A stretch of 64,000 nucleotides of DNA from Candidatus Parcubacteria bacterium (GTDB lineage Bacteria; Patescibacteriota; Minisyncoccia; Phycocordibacterales; CAIJYI01), in contig JAPLYL010000002.1 in the NCBI GenBank assembly GCA_026395595.1, forward strand, positions 122,111-186,110, given 5' to 3'. Both the position numbers and the translations under genes were made by a program. This document shows, piece after piece, positions 27,517-35,315 of the stretch. Numbering within the stretch: the first letter of the stretch is position 1; every line of letters begins with the position of its first letter. The notes beneath the pieces are model-generated. The model searched no databases. It saw only the letters and a program-made list of their open reading frames with translations, and was not told where the DNA came from.

Positions 27517-29673
27517 TTGAAGGAAATTATGCAACCAAAAACAAAATCGCTTGTTGTGGTAAAAAGAGATGGATCAAAAGTTGCGTTTGATAGCGAAAAG
27601 ATATTTCAGGCGATATTGAAAGCCGGCATTGCGACCAATGATTTTGGTGAGAAAAAAGCGCGCGCCATTTCCGAGGGAGTTTCTCATTTTTTAAGCAAAT
27701 CCAGAAAAGAAGAACTTCCCATTGAGGAAATACAGGATGTTATTGAATTTGCGATTATGAATGCCGGATTTTATAAGACGGCCCGCGCGTATATTACTTA
27801 CCGAGATTCTCGTGCCCGCGAAAGAGATAAAGAAAAGACCTTTGTTGAGGTGGAAAAAACCATTACCGAGTATTTGAACAAAGCGGACTGGAGAGTGAAT
27901 GCGAATGCGAATCAGGGATATTCTCTCGGCGGGCTCATTTTGAACGCTTCTGGAAAAATTATTGCAAATTATTGGCTTTCTTCCGTTTATCCGAGAGAGA
28001 TCGGCGAATCACACAGAGAGGGGGATATGCATATCCACGATCTTGATATGTTTTCAGGATATTGCGCCGGATGGAGCTTGCGTGCTCTTATTGAAGAAGG
28101 TTTTAACGGGGTGCCTGGAAAAGTAGAATCTGATCCTCCGAAACATTTGGAAACAGTGGTGGCGCAGATGGTGAATTTCTTGGGAACTCTTCAAAATGAA
28201 TGGGCGGGAGCGCAGGCGTTTTCTTCTTTTGATACCTACATGGCTCCCTTTGTCCGAAAAGATGCTTTAAGTTATAAAGAAGTAAAACAATCGGTACAGC
28301 AATTTGTTTTTAACTTGAATGTTCCGTCACGTTGGGGGACACAGACCCCTTTCACTAATATCACGCTTGATTGGGTGTGTCCGGAAGATATGAAGAAAAA
28401 ACAACCGATTATCGGCGGCGAAATTATGAATTTCACTTATGGTGATTGTCAGAAAGAAATGGATATGGTGAACAAAGCCTTTATTGAAGTTATGACTTCC
28501 GGCGACAGAAACGGACGTGTCTTTACTTTCCCGATTCCTACCTACAACATTACGAAAGATTTTGACTGGGATAATGAAAATGCGCAAGCTCTGTTTGAAA
28601 TGGCAGCAAAATTCGGAACGCCCTATTTCCAGAATTTTCTGAATTCTACTCTGAAACCGAGCGATGTTCGGAGTATGTGTTGCCGACTCCAGCTTGATCT
28701 TCGTGAACTTCGTGCCAGAGGAGGAGGGCTTTTTGGTTCTGCGGAAATGACCGGTTCTATTGGCGTAGTTACCATTAATCTTCCGAGAATTGGCTATATT
28801 TCTGACACAAAAGAACAGTTCTTTTCCCGTCTTGGCAAATTGATGGATTTGGCAAAAAATTCATTGGAATTGAAAAGAAAAGTGGTCGGCGATAATATAG
28901 AAAGAGGGTTGTTGCCGTATACCAAAAGATATTTGCCGAATTTACATGCTCATTTCAGCACGATTGGCTTGAATGGAATGAATGAAGCGGTACGAAATTT
29001 TCTTGGAAAAGATATTGATATTTCTACCAAGGAGGGAAGAGAATTCGCTCTTGAAATTTTAGATTTTATGCGCAATCGTTTGGCTGACTTCCAAGAAGAA
29101 ACGGGGAATATGTATAATCTTGAAGCGACTCCTGCGGAAGGAACAACCTATCGTTTTGCAAAAGAAGATCAGAAGCGTTTCCCTGGAATTATTCAAGCGG
29201 GAACAAGAGAGGCTCCTTACTACACCAATTCCTCCCATCTTCATGTCGGACACACCGATAATCCGCTTGATGCGCTAGATCACCAAGATGAATTGCAGAC
29301 AAAATATACGGGGGGCACAGTTCTTCATCTTTTTTTGGGAGAAAGATTACGCGACTGGAAGACGGCAAGAAATTTCGTGAAAAAAGTCGCCGAAAATTAT
29401 CGTTTACCGTATTTCACTCTGACTCCGACGTTCTCTGTTTGCCCGACCCATGGTTATCTGAATGGCGAAGTGCCGAAATGTCCAACGTGCGATGCTGAAT
29501 GTGAAGTTTGGTCGCGTATTATGGGATATCATCGCCCGGTTTCACAATGGAATCACGGAAAAAAGAGCGAGTACGCGGAAAGAAAAGAATATATTCCGCC
29601 GACTATAGCGCATAAACCAGACGTTTGCTTACCGAAGGTTGTAAAGGGTAAGAAAGCGGAGATGGCGAAGTAA
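27517..29673 (+). CDS. nrdD: anaerobic ribonucleoside-triphosphate reductase (class III RNR)
   Basis: N-terminal ATP-cone (VVKRDGSKVAFDSEKI); C-terminal Zn ribbon CPTCDAEC with the glycyl-radical region SRIMGYHRPV. Confidence 0.9.
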   Translation: MKEIMQPKTKSLVVVKRDGSKVAFDSEKIFQAILKAGIATNDFGEKKARAISEGVSHFLSKSRKEELPIEEIQDVIEFAIMNAGFYKTARAYITYRDSRARERDKEKTFVEVEKTITEYLNKADWRVNANANQGYSLGGLILNASGKIIANYWLSSVYPREIGESHREGDMHIHDLDMFSGYCAGWSLRALIEEGFNGVPGKVESDPPKHLETVVAQMVNFLGTLQNEWAGAQAFSSFDTYMAPFVRKDALSYKEVKQSVQQFVFNLNVPSRWGTQTPFTNITLDWVCPEDMKKKQPIIGGEIMNFTYGDCQKEMDMVNKAFIEVMTSGDRNGRVFTFPIPTYNITKDFDWDNENAQALFEMAAKFGTPYFQNFLNSTLKPSDVRSMCCRLQLDLRELRARGGGLFGSAEMTGSIGVVTINLPRIGYISDTKEQFFSRLGKLMDLAKNSLELKRKVVGDNIERGLLPYTKRYLPNLHAHFSTIGLNGMNEAVRNFLGKDIDISTKEGREFALEILDFMRNRLADFQEETGNMYNLEATPAEGTTYRFAKEDQKRFPGIIQAGTREAPYYTNSSHLHVGHTDNPLDALDHQDELQTKYTGGTVLHLFLGERLRDWKTARNFVKKVAENYRLPYFTLTPTFSVCPTHGYLNGEVPKCPTCDAECEVWSRIMGYHRPVSQWNHGKKSEYAERKEYIPPTIAHKPDVCLPKVVKGKKAEMAK

Positions 29674-29737
29674 AAACTTTTAGTCCGCCAACCGGCGGAT
29701 AAGGTTTCAGCTTTTAGCTTTAGATCATTGCAAAAAA

Positions 29738-29776
29738 ATAACTGCCCCGACATTCGTCGGGGCAGTTTTTGTTTTT
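29738..29776. terminator. bidirectional terminator
   Basis: AACTGCCCCGAC-ATTC-GTCGGGGCAGTT followed by TTTTT. Confidence 0.7.
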
Positions 29777-30185
29777 ATCCAAGCAGGAGGTTGGCTAAAA
29801 AGATAACTACGTTTGCAAAGTGAAACTGTCTTTCTTTTGTGGTGTGTTCAAGTTTAAGTTCTTCGAACCAGCCGCCTTGATCAAGCACTTTTTTAAGAAA
29901 AACGCTTACTGAGGGGTATGTTTTTATGTATTCCGGCGTTTGTTCTTCGTATTTGTGTGATTCTTTGCGAGCATAGCATAGATTTGGTTTTTTGATTGGA
30001 ACCGCTCCCGAAACCCTCATGTGGGTTAAAAGAACATGTTCAAAGACAACTTTTACCGGAGATTCATAGTAACTGTCCCCGAGAATGGTCTCTGACGGCT
30101 CAAGGTCTTTCTCCTCGTCTTTCAAAAAGTTTTCGTAAAGTGTTCTATATTGTTCCAGTGTAAGGTACGGTATTTTCTTCGGCAC
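29775..30185 (-). CDS. hypothetical protein (antisense, between nrdD and nrdG)
   Basis: 136-aa ORF on the opposite strand. Confidence 0.4.
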   Translation of the reverse strand: MPKKIPYLTLEQYRTLYENFLKDEEKDLEPSETILGDSYYESPVKVVFEHVLLTHMRVSGAVPIKKPNLCYARKESHKYEEQTPEYIKTYPSVSVFLKKVLDQGGWFEELKLEHTTKERQFHFANVVIFLANLLLG

Positions 30186-30280
30186 TGCTTTCTCCTGTTG
30201 TTAAAGTCTGTTCACTACTGTATATCACCATAAGTGATTTGTCAATAAAAGAATCCTTATCATTGAGGTATACTATTCTT

Positions 30281-30973
30281 ATGCTCATCGGAGGATTTCA
30301 AAAATTGACACTTCTGGATTATCCGGAAAAAACAGCCGCGATGATATTTACGCGTGGGTGTACTTTTTTGTGCCCGTTTTGTCATAATCCCGAGCTTATT
30401 TATGCCGATCAAGATACGGAAAATGTAACAGAAGAAGAAGTTTTGGATTATCTGAAAAAGAAGAAAAAAATGATTGATGGCTTGGTGATCACCGGAGGGG
30501 AACCGACCATTCATAAAGATTTGGGTGATTTTATAAAAAAAGTTCGCGATATCGGCATGGTTGTGAAACTGGATACGAACGGGACTTCTCCGGAAACAGT
30601 GGAAAGGTTTCTCAAAGAAAAGATAGTAGATTACTTCGCGATGGATTTGAAACATACGTGGGAGAAATATAATCTGATCGGGCGCTCAAAAAAAGAGGAA
30701 ATGATTGATGACGTGAAAAAAACCTTTTCTCTTATCCAGAATTCCGGCCTGCCCCATGAGTTTCGTACCACTGTTTTTCCGGGGTGTCACAGTGAGGAAG
30801 ATTTTTTCACAATGGCGGGTTACTTATTACCTGGTGAAACGTATTTTTTGCAGAATATCCGCTACGGAAAAACACTGGAAAAGAATTTAGACAAAAGTAA
30901 GAAACTGAATGTTTCTCATGTTGTTTCCAAATTGAAAGAAAAGTTCCCATGGCTTATAATTGAAGAGAGGTAA
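30281..30973 (+). CDS. nrdG: anaerobic RNR activating protein (radical SAM)
   Basis: GCTFLCPFCHN (CxxxCxxC) near the N-terminus; the likely start is MLIGGF (the ORF track begins earlier, at 30239). Confidence 0.85.
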   Translation: MLIGGFQKLTLLDYPEKTAAMIFTRGCTFLCPFCHNPELIYADQDTENVTEEEVLDYLKKKKKMIDGLVITGGEPTIHKDLGDFIKKVRDIGMVVKLDTNGTSPETVERFLKEKIVDYFAMDLKHTWEKYNLIGRSKKEEMIDDVKKTFSLIQNSGLPHEFRTTVFPGCHSEEDFFTMAGYLLPGETYFLQNIRYGKTLEKNLDKSKKLNVSHVVSKLKEKFPWLIIEER

Positions 30974-31035
30974 TGTTAAATTGTTATGTGAGATACTAAA
31001 ATTTTAAATGCTTAACCATTTAATAAATAAAATAC

Positions 31036-31293
31036 ATGATGGGATACTACAATTATGATTTTTATCCGCGCCACAACGGCTTTGAAATAGTTATTGCTGT
31101 ATTGTGCTGGATAGCGGTTGTTTCGTTTGTAATCTTTTTGGTGAAACGATTCGGAATGTGCCACGGGCGACGTTGTGGACACATGGGTGGGTTTCATGGT
31201 GGCTCCGCCTTGGACATCTTGAAAGAACGATATGCAAAAGGAGAAATCGACAAAAAAGAGTTTGAGTCAATGAAAAAAGAAATTGAGGGCTAG
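31036..31293 (+). CDS. SHOCT-domain membrane protein
   Basis: TM segment followed by the C-terminal LKERYAKGEIDKKEFESMKKEI SHOCT motif. Confidence 0.6.
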   Translation: MMGYYNYDFYPRHNGFEIVIAVLCWIAVVSFVIFLVKRFGMCHGRRCGHMGGFHGGSALDILKERYAKGEIDKKEFESMKKEIEG

Positions 31294-31317
31294 TTTCACA
31301 AAAATAATATATAAAAA

Positions 31318-31344
31318 GACTCGCAAAAATAGCGAGTCTTTTTG
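31318..31344. terminator. rho-independent terminator
   Basis: AGACTCGC-AAAAATA-GCGAGTCT followed by TTTT. Confidence 0.65.
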
Positions 31345-31352
31345 TTATAATG

Positions 31353-31423
31353 TCGGGCTGCCGGGAATCGAACCCGGTCTATATCCACCCCATGGACACG
31401 TACTACCGGTATACTACAGCCCG
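31353..31423 (-). tRNA. tRNA-Pro (anticodon GGG)
   Basis: Minus-strand fold: acceptor CGGGCTG/CAGCCCG, anticodon loop ATGGGGT, T-loop TTCGATT; its D-arm is identical to that of tRNA-Pro(TGG). Confidence 0.8.
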
Positions 31424-31618
31424 CCTTCACTAAGACTACGTCGGGCGATGCCCGCTTTCCTTTACTCTATCAGAAATTTCGTCTTTTGGAAATAAGTGTT
31501 TGTTTGCAAAAAAGCAGTTTCTTTGTTATATTATCCAAGTACTCAGCTTTGTCAGTGGGCTTTGCTCGCCGTAGCTTCAGCGGAGTCTGTCTTCGCCAAA
31601 AGCTATGGCAAAGTAAAA

Positions 31619-31689
31619 GCGGGTATAATTTAATGGTAGAATGGCACTCTTCCAAAGTGCATACCGGAGTTCGATTCTCCGTACCCGCA
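31619..31689 (+). tRNA. tRNA-Gly (anticodon TCC)
   Basis: Acceptor GCGGGTA/TACCCGC, anticodon loop CTTCCAA, T-loop TTCGATT. Confidence 0.85.
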
Positions 31690-31706
31690 CCAGAAAAACC
31701 GACCAC

Positions 31707-32936
31707 ATGGCCGGTTTTTTGCTTGTTGCTTCTATTTTTGTTATTCTTATCTATATGAAAGAAAATTTTGAAGAGGCATTGCGAAGTTTAAGCGAGGATA
31801 TAAAACAGGAAGACGAGAAGAAGGCAAATAAAGATTTGCAAAAATACAGCAGTAAAAATATTCTTATGAAAGAGACGGCTGGTGTCGTGTATGAAATTCA
31901 AAAAGAGAAACAGCACGTTATAGATGAACTCCACCAAAAAATTCAAGATGTAGAAAACGATAAAGAAGTTAGCGGTTTTACGGAAGGAGAACCGCGTTTC
32001 GTTGAATGGAATAAACGGGCTCATCGCGCTATGGTCGTTCTTCCTTCCGGCAAACGTACGCCGGCTACTGTCGGGGAACTTGTAACTGACGGGGAGTGGA
32101 ATCTTTCCTATACTCTTTCCGGTGAAATACCGAGGGATATCAGAAAACGTTTTATCACGGCGGAGGCACGGAGGAAAATTCACAATTTGGCAGATGAACA
32201 GATTATTGAAACAGAAAAAGAAAGAGGGCTAAATCCCGTATTCAACCACTTGAAGGAGAACGAAAAAAGCGGAGCAAAAGAAATGAAAGACGGATTTATT
32301 GCCGAAAAGCTTGTTGCGACGTATTTTGAAAAGAACATTCTTGATCATGATCTCCCTATGAAATTTGAAAGAGCCGATGTTCTTGAGGATTTGCAGGAAA
32401 GGATAGATTTCAAGATTTATCGTCCAGATCGTATTCGGGGCGTAGGGACAACAACAGGAGTGCAGTTGACGATAGATACTACGTATCAGACACAAAATCG
32501 CAAAAAAGGAGATATAGAGAAAGTAAAACTTGAAAATAAATCGGACGTTGATGATATTGTGCTTGTTACTTTACCTTTAGACCATCTTCGTCAAAAATTT
32601 TCCACATGGAAAAACAATGAAATGCGACCAGGCGGACCCATGAAAACATGGGGAGATAAGGAGAAGAAAGAAATATTCAGAGGTGTTTTGTATGGAATTT
32701 TTCCGGAAAAGGAGATATCCGGTATGTGGGAAAGCGTAATCAGTGATGCGTCGGAAACGGATTTGAAAATAAACGAAGTGATTGAGCAAATTTCAAAAAT
32801 TAGCACTGAAAAAAAATCTCAAAAACAAACGAATAAAACAGAGATTACTACAAAAAAAACTTCCGATGAGGGCGGACAGGAAAATCTGGATAAATTTGCG
32901 AATAAATACGGTAGGTGGTTCGGTAAGAAAAAGTAG
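31707..32936 (+). CDS. hypothetical protein with N-terminal TM anchor
   Basis: The ORF track starts at 31641, inside the tRNA; a plausible start is MAGFLLVASIFVILIY (31707), or MKEN (31756). Confidence 0.45.
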   Translation: MAGFLLVASIFVILIYMKENFEEALRSLSEDIKQEDEKKANKDLQKYSSKNILMKETAGVVYEIQKEKQHVIDELHQKIQDVENDKEVSGFTEGEPRFVEWNKRAHRAMVVLPSGKRTPATVGELVTDGEWNLSYTLSGEIPRDIRKRFITAEARRKIHNLADEQIIETEKERGLNPVFNHLKENEKSGAKEMKDGFIAEKLVATYFEKNILDHDLPMKFERADVLEDLQERIDFKIYRPDRIRGVGTTTGVQLTIDTTYQTQNRKKGDIEKVKLENKSDVDDIVLVTLPLDHLRQKFSTWKNNEMRPGGPMKTWGDKEKKEIFRGVLYGIFPEKEISGMWESVISDASETDLKINEVIEQISKISTEKKSQKQTNKTEITTKKTSDEGGQENLDKFANKYGRWFGKKK

Positions 32937-33012
32937 TATTTTTTGTTAGGATTTGGTATGGTTTATTTACCAAAGGTTAGTAAGTATATGCTTGCCCTGC
33001 GTAGCTTTTAGC

Positions 33013-33094
33013 GAAGCATGGGCCCGGGTGGCGAAATTGGTAGACGCGTACGCTTCAGGTGCGTATGTCGCAAGACATGGAGGTTCAAGTCCTC
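33013..33094 (+). tRNA. tRNA-Leu (anticodon CAG), class II
   Basis: Acceptor GCCCGGG/CCCGGGC, anticodon loop TTCAGGT, long variable arm TGTCGCAAGACAT, T-loop TTCAAGT. Confidence 0.85.
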
Positions 33095-33101
33095 TCCCGG
33101 G

Positions 33102-33429
33102 CACAAAAAATCATCCGCTTCTGCGGATTTTTTGTGCCCGGGAAGGGAGTGCCCTGCGGCACTCGCGGGAGGATTTGAAGATGTTGAACTTGTCGCAACG
33201 AGTCGAGGCCGGTGAGGAATGGGCTGGGCCCCGTTCCGCAAGACCTTTTGAGAATTTTTGTGAGCGGTGAGCGCGACCTAAATTTTTACGACCATGGGGG
33301 AGATAAAAATGGAAGTACTCTTGCGGTGAAACAAAAAGTCCAAAAGGTGTACTGCGCCAGTAGGGCGAAGTGAGACGTGAAACATGTACCGTTCCTGTAA
33401 GGAAAAAGTCCTCTCCCGGGCACAAAAAA
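33102..33429. repeat. GC-rich ~300-bp non-coding insert bounded by 23-nt direct repeats of the tRNA-Leu 3' end
   Basis: AGTCCTCTCCCGGGCACAAAAAA at 33079-33101 and again at 33407-33429, each followed by a terminator hairpin; the insert begins with GCCCGGG, the tRNA 5' acceptor sequence. Confidence 0.5.
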
Positions 33430-33511
33430 GACCAACAAAAGGTCTTTTTTATTTGTATTTATTGATGATCTGTCAAGGTAACCCTCTCTCTGTTTTTCGG
33501 TTATACTATTT

Positions 33512-34648
33512 ATGATGAACAACAAAGCTCAACCGGTGAAACTCCGTACGTGGATAGAGATAGATACGCGTGCAGCCACTCAAAACTATAAGGTTTTTCG
33601 GGGTATTATTAAACCGAAGACGAAACTGATGGCCGTCGTGAAATCCAATGCGTATGGAAACGAACTCATCGGTTTTTCCAAGATGCAGGACAAATTTGGG
33701 GCTGATGCATTTGGTGTGGACTCTATTACTGAAGGACTCGCCTTACGCGAGGCGGGAGTGGTGAAACCGATACTGGTTTTGGGGTATACGATCCACGAAA
33801 ACGTCCGCATTGCCTCAGAAAAGAACATCAGTATTACGCTTTCCAGTTTTGAAGCGCTTTCTTTGTTGATAAAAGAAAAAATACCGGTTACTGTCCATAT
33901 AAAAATAGACAGCGGTATGCACCGGCAAGGATTTTTTCCGAAAGACGCAAAAAAACTCGCCGATATTCTTTCGAAGAATAAGCACATAAAAGTAGAGGGA
34001 ATGTATACTCATTTTGCCAATGCAAAAAATCCGAGCTTTTCTGGAGATACCGACCAACAAGCGATGGAATTCAAACAAACTGCGGATATTTTTGAAAAAG
34101 CGGGATTTCATTTTATAAAACACGCGAGCGCGACATCAGGCGCTTTGCTTTTTCCTGAATATCACTTTGATATGGTACGTATCGGCATTGGTTTGTCCGG
34201 TTTGTGGCCGGCAAAGGAAGTGGAACGGGTGCTGGAGAAAAAAATAAAACTGACGCCGATACTTTCTTGGAAGACCGTCGTTGCCGAAACAAAAACCATT
34301 CCGAAAGGGGAGAGAATCGGATATAACTTCACGGAAACTTTTTCCCAAGATGCGAAGATTGTTATTTGCCCGATTGGTTATTGGCACGGATTTCCGAGGT
34401 CTCTTTCTTCTATTGGTCATGTACTCGTTGCTGGAAAGCGTGCAAGGGTACTCGGACGGGTTTCTATGGATATGATCACTGTTGATGTGAGCGATATAAA
34501 AAACATAAAAATAGGAGATGAGGTTATTCTTATCGGAAAAACAAGCAAAGAAGAAATTACCGCCGATGAATTCGCCGCTTATTCCGATACCTCAAGTTAC
34601 GAGATTGTAACAAGGATCAATCCAAAGATACAAAGAGTGTTTTTATAA
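33512..34648 (+). CDS. alr: alanine racemase
   Basis: PLP-lysine motif AVVKSNAYGNE and fold-type III domain order; 378 aa. Confidence 0.9.
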   Translation: MMNNKAQPVKLRTWIEIDTRAATQNYKVFRGIIKPKTKLMAVVKSNAYGNELIGFSKMQDKFGADAFGVDSITEGLALREAGVVKPILVLGYTIHENVRIASEKNISITLSSFEALSLLIKEKIPVTVHIKIDSGMHRQGFFPKDAKKLADILSKNKHIKVEGMYTHFANAKNPSFSGDTDQQAMEFKQTADIFEKAGFHFIKHASATSGALLFPEYHFDMVRIGIGLSGLWPAKEVERVLEKKIKLTPILSWKTVVAETKTIPKGERIGYNFTETFSQDAKIVICPIGYWHGFPRSLSSIGHVLVAGKRARVLGRVSMDMITVDVSDIKNIKIGDEVILIGKTSKEEITADEFAAYSDTSSYEIVTRINPKIQRVFL

Positions 34649-34663
34649 GATTATCAAAAAACA

Positions 34664-34706
34664 AAAACTCCTCCGATCGTCATCGGAGGAGTTTTTGTTT
34701 TTTTGA
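34664..34706. terminator. bidirectional terminator
   Basis: AACTCCTCCGAT-CGTCAT-CGGAGGAGTT flanked by A and T runs. Confidence 0.7.
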
Positions 34707-34717
34707 TAGAGGTAGAT

Positions 34718-34990
34718 TTACTTTACCGCATCTTTGAGAGCTTTTGCTGCGCGGAATTTCGGGACGGTCATAGCGGCGACCTGAATCAATTCTCCTGTTT
34801 TTGGGTTTCTTGCAGTGCGAGCTTTGCGAGCTTTTACGGCAAAAATTCCGAGACCGGCAATGGAGACATCTTGGCCTTTCTTGAGGCTTCCGATAATGGT
34901 GGCGATAACGGTTTCCACTACGTCCTCAGCTTGTTTCTTCGTGGTTCCGAGAACTGCGTGTACCGCTTCAATTATGTCTTGTTTGTTCAT
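34718..34990 (-). CDS. hup: HU-family DNA-binding protein
   Basis: MNKQDIIEAV...GFGTF-like arm (AGLGIFAVKARKARTARNPKTGE); the likely start is the internal MNKQ. Confidence 0.85.
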   Translation of the reverse strand: MNKQDIIEAVHAVLGTTKKQAEDVVETVIATIIGSLKKGQDVSIAGLGIFAVKARKARTARNPKTGELIQVAAMTVPKFRAAKALKDAVK

Positions 34991-35124
34991 AGTTATTATT
35001 CTTTTACTTTTAATGACGTCTACTTGATACATTACGATATCAGTATCAAATTGATCGACTAAATGTTCTTGCATTCATTATATATTATAGGGTTTTTTAT
35101 GCAATAGAGCCGTAGAATGGTAAT

Positions 35125-35248
35125 AATTTTCAATTTACAATTTTTAATTTTCAATCAATTTTCAAATGTGACAAACGTCTGTGTTTGAAAATTTTTTCAT
35201 TGAAACATTGTAAATTCATTGAAAATTAAAAATTGTAAATTGAAAATT
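35125..35248. repeat. large AT-rich palindrome (31-bp perfect arms, ~62-bp spacer)
   Basis: AATTTTCAATTTACAATTTTTAATTTTCAAT at 35125-35155 and its reverse complement at 35218-35248. Confidence 0.6.
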
Positions 35249-35315
35249 TTTTTAAAAAAACAACCCTTCCTTTTCAAGAAAGAGCTGTTTTTTTTGGCTA
35301 GTTTTAAAGGTTTTT

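Noticed and set aside
33102-33429. GC-rich insert considered as tmRNA, RNase P RNA or SRP RNA
   Set aside because: There is no tmRNA T-arm or tag reading frame, and no RNase P P4 (GGAAAGUCCGG...ACCCGGCUUA) pairing in the right order. There is only a weak resemblance, CCGGGAAGGGAG, to the SRP helix-8 GGAA region. I cannot assign it and left it as unclassified.
32953-33525. ORFs 32953..33270 (+), 33008..33241 (-), 33018..33215 (+), 33111..33425 (-), 33286..33525 (-)
   Set aside because: They cover tRNA-Leu and the GC-rich repeat-bounded insert. High GC inflates ORF length, and they overlap one another in several frames.
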